From assembly GCF_018350175.1 (NCBI RefSeq), contig NC_058373.1, positions 109,680,001 to 109,744,000 of the forward strand: 64,000 bases of DNA, read 5' to 3'. The DNA is from Felis catus. Lineage: Eukaryota. The notes under the pieces are model-generated. The model saw only the letters and a program-made list of their open reading frames with translations, did no database searches and was not told the DNA's origin. Below, piece after piece: positions 55,205-64,000 of the stretch; the stretch's first letter is position 1, and each line of letters begins with the position of its first letter. A program made the position numbers and the translations under genes.

Positions 55205-56837
55205 AAGCATTCTTCTATTATACAGTTTTTCTGTATTTTCTGTAGTTATTATACAGTTATATTAACTATAACAGTTAATATTCTTCAACCCCTACCATGT
55301 ATCCAACACTGAGATAAATGTTTTATCTGCTTTATAGCACTTCATCTGACTCTATGAGGTAGGCTATAATACTCTCCCAATTTTGAAGATAAAAGAAAAC
55401 ACTTAGAAGTCCCCACTTAGGCAATATATATTATATATATATTAGGAATATATTACTACATATTAGGCAAAAATAACATATTGTCCAAGCAATATGTTCA
55501 TCATAGGCTTAATTCTAGTGTAACATAAAAATAAGATCCCATATTTGTTCTCAGAAAATCTTCAAATACAATGGGCAGACAAGTATTTTTAAGTAGTAGA
55601 AAAGGACATCATGGCGTCATTTGCAAACAAACCGAAGAACTACCCTAGCCAGCATTTTAGAACTATCTAGAAACTTTACTGTTCTTTTGTAAGCACTACA
55701 ACATCTAATATTAAGAGCTAACATTATTACAAAATAAAAGTTTGAACGATGAGGAAATTTAACCATAAAACCCTGTCCTGAAAATCCATTATGATATTCA
55801 GATATGCTACTCCCTCCTAAACTATGTAAAGAAAGAAAGGCTGGTGATTTGATTAGCCCATACTTCAGTCCTCAAACATCAGCAGAAAAAAGGCATTCCA
55901 CTGTATTTAACATCTGCTGTAACACGCAAGTGATGAATCCTCCAAGTAAAAGAAACCACTCAAAGTATGTCATACATTAAAAACCACTCCATCCTCCTTT
56001 CACCAGATACTACTTCTGTTCCTAACCTGAAACATGCATAAATATCAAAGTACAAAGCCTCACTCAGGATTTTAAGAGAACACTCGGCAATTTGATCCTT
56101 TAAAAAGTCTTCATTAAACAAGTCTATGACTTTGTATAAATTAAAAGCTAACACAAAATCTGCATGAGTTGGATTTGCGGGGAAAATAATTTAGTACTTA
56201 AGGAAGAAAAAACAAATGCCTATGCTACCATTACTAACAACTGAAATGTCAACTAACAATGTTAATTAATTTGCTAACAAATATTTATCAAAGGCCGGCT
56301 ATGTACTAGGCACAGATCTAAGCCCTAGAGATAAGAAAAACAAGGTTTCTACACTGAAGATTCTATTCTAATGCAGGAGGAGAAACAGATAACATACAAG
56401 TGAACCAACTAACAAAAAATAATTTCAGATTATAAATATAAAACAAGAAACAACAAACTGACAGCAACTTCAAAAAGAAGATCAGTCTTAAGAGTCAGGA
56501 AGGATGATCCCTAAGAAGGTTCCATGTGAGATGAAATTTGAAGAATGACACGAAGTCGGGGGAAGAAAGTTCTAGGTACAAAAGGCCGCTTCACCTTATG
56601 AGAAGATTCATTTGGCACCTCAATATTTTATGCCTGGGCTGGGTTATATCCTGGAGAGATCCATGTTATGATGACTTCTGTTTGTAGCTTATCACGTTTA
56701 GTGTTAAGTGTATAAAGCATATGTTTACACGTACAGCTAACGTAATACTCAGGAAATATTAACAATTCCCAGTCTTTTAGTCTAACTCCAAAGCTCTTAC
56801 CTATGAGGAAAGAGCAAGAATGGTAGGGCTAAATCTT

Positions 56838-57202
56838 CCACAATCTGAGGAAAGCAGTAAACTATGTTCTAAAAAAAATTGCACACTCACAGAAACTTTA
56901 CATATAATTTTGGGAGGGTCTTAGAACCTTAAAGCCCAGAGCACCCAGGTGACTCAGTCAATTGAGTGTCCAACTTTGGCTCAGGTCATGATCTCACGGT
57001 TCATGAGTTCGAGCCCCGCATTGGGCTCACTGCTATCAGCACAGAGACCCACTTCAGATCTTCTGTCCCCTCTCTCTCTGCCCCTCCCCTGCTTATGCAC
57101 TCTCTCTCAAAAATAAACATTAAAAAAATAACCCCAAAGTCCATGCATGATGCACACATCCTATCCCCAACCAGAAATCCACGAACCCAAGGTTAAGAAC
57201 TA
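56838..57202. mobile_element. hAT MITE (Charlie4z-like) interrupted by a + CAN-SINE (about 56939-57130)
   Basis: caatctgaggaaagc...aaaaaattgcacac...catataattttgggagggt...ccacgaacccaaggttaagaac. Confidence 0.55.
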
Positions 57203-57258
57203 CACAGTAATTATCACACTCAAAAAGAATGTGATATGAATGTAACTTGCTATCCTAC

Positions 57259-57730
57259 TTTTTTTTTAATTTTTTTTTAATGTTTATTCATTTTTGAGAG
57301 GCAGGGAGAGACAGAGTGTGAGTGGGGGAGGGGCAAAGAGAGAGGGAGACACAGAATCTGAAGCAGGCTTCAGGCTCTGAGCTGTCAGCACAGAGCCTGA
57401 CGCAGGGCTCAAACTCACAGACGGTGAGATCATGACCTGAGCTGAAGTCGGATGTTTAATCGACTAAGCCAAACAGGCACCTTGCTATCCTACTTTTCAA
57501 TGATTAATAAATCAGGTATGCTTATTTTTTTTTAAGTTTATTTATGAAAGAGACAGAGCATGAGCGGGGGAGAGACAGAGAGGGAGGGAGACACAGAATC
57601 TGAAACAGGCTCCAGGCTCTGAGCCGTCAGCACAAATCCCGACACAGGGCTCGAACTCACGAACCACGAGATCATGACTGACCTAAGCTAAAGTCGGATG
57701 CTTATCCAATTGAGCCACGCCGGTGCCCCT
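57259..57730 (-). mobile_element. Two - CAN-SINEs (about 57259-57481 and 57523-57730)
   Basis: The first has TSD cttgctatcctactttt. Confidence 0.95.
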
Positions 57731-58016
57731 GCTTACTGTTAATATCTTTTGGCCCACGTACAACTCTGTACAGGAATTTTCTCTATGCTATAAACTATTA
57801 GGTAAAGAAAAAATATTTCTCCCTAAAGAGTGAATGAAATACCTCCTCACTACAACTGAGTATATCATCTTTCACACATGAAAACAGTGCAACTGACACT
57901 CAGTTTTCTGCAAGATCTTATAATTTCTTCCCCAAAAGAAAAACATTGCCACACTGTCTCAAAGGCTGCGAAGCTGAACGTTAACACCTATTAACTTACA
58001 GACATGCTTCCACTTT

Positions 58017-58243
58017 TTTTTTTTTTTAATTTTTTTTTCAACGTTTTTATTTATTTTTGGGACAGAGAGAGACAGAGCATGAACGGGGGAGGGGCAGAGA
58101 GAGAGGGAGACACAGAATCGGAAACAGGCTCCAGGCTCCGAGCCATCAGCCCAGAGCCCGACGCGGGGCTCGAACTCACGGACCGCGAGATCGTGACCTG
58201 GCTGAAGTCAGACGCTTAACCGACTGCGCCACCCAGGCGCCCC
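58017..58243 (-). mobile_element. Young CAN-SINE (SINEC_Fc type)
   Basis: Perfect 15-bp TSD acatgcttccacttt (58002-58016 / 58244-58258). Confidence 0.97.
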
Positions 58244-58288
58244 ACATGCTTCCACTTTAAAAGGGAAGCTTATGATTATTTCTTTAAA

Positions 58289-58289
<1 letters not shown>

Positions 58290-58323
<34 letters not shown>
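58290..58323. repeat. (AC)n microsatellite
   Basis: Seen directly. Confidence 0.95.
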
Positions 58324-58327
<4 letters not shown>

Positions 58328-58382
58328 CGACAATTTAGTTGTCTAAACAACATGCATCATTAATCTAAGATACAAACTAGAT

Positions 58383-58543
58383 CAGTGGTTCTTAACCTTT
58401 TTTGATTCAAAAACCCCTTTGAGAATCTGAAAAATATAACAGAATCCTTCCATTTAAACAATGGACATACTCATACAAAATGTGCATATAATTTCAGGCT
58501 GCAAAACACATTTCACATTCAATCAAGGGTTTAAGAATGTCTA
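58383..58543. mobile_element. hAT MITE (Charlie4z-like)
   Basis: cagtggttcttaacctttttt...cccctttgagaatctga...caaaatgtgcatataatttcagg...ggtttaagaa. Confidence 0.7.
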
Positions 58544-58765
58544 GGGGCGCCTGGGTGGCGCAGTCGGTTAGGCGTCCGACTTCAGCCAGGTCACGATCTC
58601 GCGGTCCGTGAGTTCGAGCCCCGCGTCGGGCTCTGAGCTGATGGCTCAGAGCCTGGAGCCTGTTTCCGATTCTGTGTCTCCCTCTCTCTCTGCCCCTCCC
58701 CCGTTCATGCTCTGTCTCTCTCTGTCCCAAAAATAAATAAACGTTGAAAAAAAAAAAAAAAAAAA
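58544..58765 (+). mobile_element. Young CAN-SINE with intact Pol III A and B boxes
   Basis: A box TGGCGCAGTCGG (58556-58567), B box GTTCGAGCC (58612-58620), pure A19 tail, perfect TSD aagaatgtcta. Confidence 0.97.
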
Positions 58766-59523
58766 GAATGTCTATACCTTCTATAGAAGAATATCATGAC
58801 TGGTTGCTCCAGGGAAGGGCGAGTGGAAGAACCAAATCAGGAAGAAGATTTTTCACTATACATCCTTGTGTATTTTTTGAGAGTTGAACCATGTAACTGT
58901 ATTATCTATTCAATAAATGAATACATTAAAAATAAAAGCATTACGCTAAAAAACGTAGCAGCATACCAATGCATTAGGTGAAAATCTCCAATCAAAGGTG
59001 TTTAAAATAACCAGTCTACCAAATTCAATACATTGGTAAACTGTTTCTTCCAATTTTTTGGTGGAAAAGGTTCATCACTGCAAAACTATGGTCTTGTTTC
59101 ATAATTTTCTGAGAAATTTCCAATCCAACTTTTTGCTGAAAAAATATAAAAAGTGAAATAATTCCACACTATTCACATTTTAACTTCTCAAATCCCAGTT
59201 AAATAACAACAGCTAGCATTTACTGAATGTGGCACTGCCACAGCTCTTGATTATTATCATCATCCCCCTTTGATTGACAAGAAAACCAAGGCCTTTAGGA
59301 GTTGACATACTTGCCCCGGACAACACAAGTTGTGAGTGAGCTAGGACTCTGGCAGGTGGCAAAGCCCAAGTACTTTCCCCACGGGACACTGCACAGTACA
59401 AGGAAGATGGTAAACACTAAAATAAAGGACGCTATTCCTTAAGAAACTGGTCTCATTATAAATACGCTTTAGGGCACTAACCCATTATAAAAATCGAGAA
59501 CTATTTCTGCCTATTCCTTCTTT

Positions 59524-59741
59524 TTTTTTTTTTTTTTTCAACGTTTATTTATTTTTGGGACAGAGAGAGACAGAGCATGAACGGGGAAGGGGCAGAGAGA
59601 GAGGGAGACACAGAATCGGAAACAGGCTCCAGGCTCTGAACCATCAGCCCAGAGCCCGACGCAGGGCTCGAACTCACGGACCGCGAGATCGTGACCTGGC
59701 TGAAGTCGGACGCTTAACCGACTGCGCCACCCAGGCGCCCC
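59524..59741 (-). mobile_element. Young CAN-SINE (SINEC_Fc type)
   Basis: Perfect 16-bp TSD tgcctattccttcttt. Confidence 0.97.
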
Positions 59742-59830
59742 TGCCTATTCCTTCTTTACACTACACAAGGCACATATGGATGAAAAAGAATCAGCCTATC
59801 CAAAAATTAGAAAAGCACAAAAACTAGGTG

Positions 59831-60062
59831 TTTTTTTTTTAATTTTTTTTTTTTAATGTTTATTTAGTTTTTTGAGACAGAGAGAGACAGAGCATGAACG
59901 GGGGAGGGTCAGAGAGAGAGAGGGAGACACAGAATCTGAAACAGGCTCTAGGCTCTGAGCTGTCGGCACAGAGCCTGACGCGGGGCTCGAACTCACAGAC
60001 CGTGAGATCATGACCTGAGCCGAAGTCAGACGCTCAACCGACTGAGCCACCCAGGCGCCCCC
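59831..60062 (-). mobile_element. CAN-SINE
   Basis: TSD cacaaaaactag. Confidence 0.95.
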
Positions 60063-60100
60063 ACAAAAACTAGTTTTAAATTGGGATTTTTAAAGTCCTT

Positions 60101-60300
60101 AGGGCCCCTGGGAGTCAGTTAAGCATCCGACTCTTGATTTGGGCTCAGGTCATGATCTCATGGTTTGTGAGATTGAGTATCGCATCAGGCTCTGCACAGA
60201 CAGTATGGAGCCTGTTTGGGATTCTCTCTCTCCCTCACTCTCTGTCCCTCCCCCACTCACACACCCACACAAGCACTCTCTAAGTAAATAAAACAAACTT
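60101..60300 (+). mobile_element. Diverged CAN-SINE
   Basis: agtcagttaagcatccgactcttgattt...ggtcatgatctc. Confidence 0.85.
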
Positions 60301-60574
60301 TTGAATAAAGTCCTCACAGACTGTCACCCTCAAAAATAAAAATGTAAGCTGAATCACAAGCCTAGAGCTTAAAAAAAAAAAAAAAAAAAGATTTTAACTA
60401 AAGAAAGAATGTTGTAGAAACACAATGTTACCGATGTAAAAGTTTTAACACCAAGAGGCAGAATTTCTGCTGAAACGTTCAAGTCGTTATAGTTTTTGGA
60501 ATGTTTAATACTGAAGGTCCAAACTATTAGCAAAACGCCTCAAAAACGTATAACGAATTATGAGACTAGAAATG

Positions 60575-60584
60575 ATGACGTCAT
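60575..60584. promoter_or_regulatory. Perfect palindromic CRE (ATGACGTCAT), function unproven
   Basis: Exact CREB/ATF consensus in unique, CpG-retaining sequence. Confidence 0.35.
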
Positions 60585-60899
60585 TCTCATCATAACCCCA
60601 TCTTCAAAGAGGCAGTACTTTTCAAAAACATTTCACTCAAATCTAAACTTATGTAATCTTTTAAAGTCAACAAAGGAAACAGGGCACGGGAGGGGGATGG
60701 GGTGGGGAGAGAACAAATCACCCAACCAGATAGTACACTACTGTTGCTACTACTAATTATTATTACTATTATTATTATTGTAAATGTGCGTGTCTATCCC
60801 CGACCTGTTTAGTTTAACTGTCCTTATTGAGACAGATAACCATCAAAGCTTGCTTCGTGTCATGCCGTGTAGGCACAAGGAAAGCGTCCAAGTCTTTAC

Positions 60900-61004
60900 C
60901 TTCTTATCAAGCACAAAGGCACTAAAACCTTCACTGAATTTCCCTTGAGTAAGGGTCCTTCAAGTTCAAAAACTTTAGGACTCTCTGCAGACACTTTCAA
61001 AAGT
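60900..61004 (-). other. Candidate 105-nt cassette exon (unverified)
   Basis: Acceptor ttttctccctctttacag, donor AAG|gtaaag, length divisible by 3, one open frame. Confidence 0.25.
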
Positions 61005-61265
61005 CTGTAAAGAGGGAGAAAATTCAAATGTCTCTATTTCAAAGGTTTATTCTACAATGTCACTACAAACAGCGGAGGAAAAGCCGGGAAACTTATCACG
61101 CATATATACAGAAAAACATGCTGGCATTGCTTTCTGTAGAAAATAACATCATTGATATACATTTGAAAACCCCACCTGTTAGAAAAGAGGCAAAATAGAT
61201 GAAACTTTCCTTTCGCTTTGTTACAGTTCTGCAAGTGAAGAGACTTTTTTAAAACACTAAGAGTT

Positions 61266-61456
61266 GGGGCACCTGGGTAGCTCAGTTGGTTAAGCACCCG
61301 ACTTTGGCTCAGGTCATGATCTCCCAGTTCAGGAGTTTGAGCCCCACATCGGGCTTGCGGCTGTCAGCCCGTCAGCGCAGAACCCACTTTGGATCCTCTG
61401 TCTCTCTCTCTCTGCCCCTCCCCTGCTTGAGCTCTCCCAAAAAATAAATAAATATT
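61266..61456 (+). mobile_element. CAN-SINE
   Basis: TSD aacactaagagtt / aacgctaagagtt. Confidence 0.95.
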
Positions 61457-62309
61457 ACAACGCTAAGAGTTAATGGCAGTATTACTTACAAGTCAGTCAA
61501 ATACGATGCATATAATAACCATTCTGATAATGTATACACGCAAAACAAGTGATCATTAATGAACGCCTAATGTGTGAGTTCTCAAAAATTACATTTTTAA
61601 AGGATGACTAACAAAATTACACAATTTCCATTTTCAAACTCCCCTAAAATTAAAGATCTTGAGGACATGATTTTAACTTTATTCTACAATGCAACCCACA
61701 AAATCCAACTGCCATTTATATTATACCACCATATAAAATTAACTCAAACCTTCCAATGTGGTCAAAGCAATACTACAGAATTAAATTAGTAACTATCCTT
61801 TGGTAGGCACACATAATTTACTCTGGTTTCTCCTAAGGAAGTGGTAAAAAAAAAAAAAAAAAAAAAATACCTCCTATATTTTCTTTACATTCCATAAATT
61901 ACTTCCTAAAGTTGGTGAGAAGACAACACACAAATAAAATTCAATCCATTACAAGACAATCAAATGTCATTTAACAAATTTGTAATAAAAATCAGGAGCA
62001 TTTTATAAAAATCAGGAACATTTCTGAAGTCGGTATCTGACTATACTTCTTTGTTGTTCTATAGATACGGAAATCTAATTTGTGGGATGCTTTCCAGAAT
62101 ATTTCCCCATTACATGATTACTACACAACAATCGCTTTTAGTCCGTCTGGAAGTAAGCTGTGGCTGTATCTAATACTGTATGGTCCTGTTACTCTCCAAT
62201 TCTCCCACACTGGCAAAATACACAAGTTCACAAAAATTCCATTCTTGGAGAGCAGAGCTCTTGGAAATTTTTCAATATGACCAGACTTCACTTTAAAAAT
62301 GAGAAAAGG

Positions 62310-63345
62310 ATAGACAAATAGCCAATAAGCACATGAAAAGATGTTCCACATCATTCATTAGCCATAAAGGAAATGCAAATCAAAACCACAATGAAATGCC
62401 ACTTCACACACATCATGATGGCTATTATCGAAAACAAAAAAAACAACAAAAAATAACATGCTGGTGAGGATACGGAGAAATTGCAACTCTTGTGCATTGA
62501 TGGTAAGAACGTAAAATGGTACAGCTGCTGTGGAAAACAGTCTGGCAATTCCTCCAAAAATTAAATATATGATCCAGCAATTCCACTTCTGGGCATGTAC
62601 CCAGAGCAAGTGAAAGCATGGGCTCAAGAAAACACTTGTACACCCATGTCCATAGCAGCATTCACAACAACCATAAGATGGAAATGATCCAAGTGTCCAT
62701 TGACGGCATATACACACAGTGGAATATTATTCAGCCTTAAAAGGAAGGAAATTCTAACATGTGCTACACCATGGGTGAATCTTGAGGACAGCAGGCTAAG
62801 TAAAATAAGCCAGTGACAAAAAGACAAATATTATATGATTCTACTTATATGAGCTACCTAGGGTAGGCAAATTTACAAAGACAGAAAGTAGAATGGTGGT
62901 TACTCGCCAAGGGGCTGAGGGGAGGGGAGAATGGGGAGTTAGTGTTTAATGGATACAGTTTCTTTTTTTTTTCTTTTTTAATGTTTTATTTATTTTTGAG
63001 ACAGAGAGAGAGACGGAGCTTGAACAGGGAAGAGGCAGAGACAGGAAGACACAGAATCGGAAGCAGGCTCCAGGCTCTGAGCTGTCAGCACAGAGCCCGA
63101 CGCGGGGCTCGAACTCACGAGCTGTGGGATCACGACCTGAGCTGACGTCGGACGTTTAACCGACTGAGCCACCCAGGTGCCCCTAAGGGACACAGCTCCA
63201 GTTGGGGAAAACAAATAAGTTCCGGAGAAGGATGGTGGTGATGGATGCACACAACATGAATGTACTAACTGTCACACTTAACGCATACTTAAAAATAGCC
63301 ACGACGGTCAATGTTTTGTTAGGTGTATTTTACCACGATAAAAGG
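62310..63345 (+). mobile_element. Old L1MB-type ORF2 end plus 3' UTR, interrupted by a - CAN-SINE (about 62958-63183)
   Basis: gccaataagcacatgaaaagatgttccacatca...gatccagcaattccacttctggg...acagaaagtagaatggtggtt...tattttaccacgataaaa. Confidence 0.9.
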
Positions 63346-63877
63346 AATAACAAAATATTAAAATGTGTCAAATTCTTCTCACGCATGCCTCTTCACTACC
63401 CACAAAACCAAGGAGTGGTCAATTCAGTTCTAATTTAAATATTTACCATAAGCCCCAAGAAATGAGTATAACAATAAAGTTTAAAATTCTTTCTAAACCT
63501 AAAAAAGTTTAATCTACTTCCTCAGAAAAAAGTCCGTTGCCAGATAAAGATGCTAATTGCTATTATATGTCTAGTTCAGATTAAATAAATTACTAAGGAA
63601 TCCACGCACCTCTCAACTTTGTATTTCAAGCATGATTAGTTTTATTTCTACAATTTTTCCTTGTTCTTCTAAAATCTCGGAAAGACTTCTCCATTTTAGC
63701 AAAACCTTTAGCTAAAATTTTCTCCCCCATCAGACTCATAAGAGCTCATCTTTAGGAACTAGTAGATATATCATCTTTATAGTCGTCAGAATTCATTTAG
63801 TCTCCACCAGTTTCAAGCACAAACATGAGAATCTGAGTTACAACCGTCCCCTCCTTAAGAAAAAAGAAGGAGGGGGA

Positions 63878-64000
63878 GGGGACACCTGGGTGTCTTAGCC
63901 AGTTGAGCGCCGAACTCTTGATTTCTCTGCTCAGGTCATGTTCTCACAGTTTCGTAAGTTAGAGTTCCACATAGGAGTCTGTGCTGACAGCACAGCGCCT
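63878..64000 (+). mobile_element. CAN-SINE, cut by the window end
   Basis: gggacacctgggtgtcttagccagttgagcg...tctgtgctgacagc. Confidence 0.85.

Larger units (their letters stand above)
1..64000 (-). other. Probable interior of a long intron of an unidentified minus-strand gene (intergenic not excluded)
   Basis: No recognisable coding exon. All large L1 fragments are on + (intronic L1s tend to be antisense to the host), and + looks A-rich by eye. Inference only. Confidence 0.45.

Noticed and set aside
26665..59827. Four near-identical ORFs MGQRETEHERGRGRERGRHRIGNRLQA... resembling a small gene family
   Set aside because: Each is the antisense reading of a young CAN-SINE and starts at TTG; these are repeat copies, not genes.
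62121..62291. Minus-strand acceptor (ttttctcatttttaaag) followed by an open frame
   Set aside because: Abuts an L1 remnant, has no nearby donor and gives an unrecognised peptide.
63770..63784. Minus-strand GACTATAAAGATGAT (DYKDD), resembling a FLAG tag
   Set aside because: Continues as ISTSS-stop rather than DDK, with no vector context; coincidence.
1055..64000. tRNA-like A/B box sequences throughout
   Set aside because: They are tRNA-derived SINE heads followed by (CT)n and poly(A), not tRNA genes.
1..64000. CRISPR array, operon or other prokaryote-style system
   Set aside because: The sequence is mammalian; the recurring repeats are dispersed SINEs with TSDs, not regularly spaced repeat-spacer units.

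Overview
Mammalian, repeat-rich, non-coding DNA from a felid (probably domestic cat or a close relative). The assignment rests on about 46 tRNA-derived carnivore CAN-SINEs (SINEC_Fc type) and two 5'-truncated felid-type L1 3' ends with target-site duplications (TSDs). Older eutherian repeats are also present: L1M, L2, MIR, an MLT1 LTR, MER20, MER33, MER44, MADE2 and hAT MITEs. I recognise no protein-coding gene, RNA gene or CRISPR array. The longer supplied ORFs I can explain come from SINEs, L1/L2 remnants or microsatellites; the rest look like chance. All large L1 pieces lie on + and the + strand looks A-rich, so the window is probably inside a long intron of a minus-strand gene that I cannot name. 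I found no convincing novel biological system. The best leads are a trio of near-identical young SINEs in alternating orientation (58.0-59.7 kb), a candidate 105-nt symmetric minus-strand exon (60900-61004) beside a CpG-retaining patch with a perfect CRE, a poly(A)-only insertion with a 16-bp TSD, and a palindromic microsatellite born inside an L1. Repeat family names come from my recall of consensus sequences, not a database search, and repeat boundaries are approximate.
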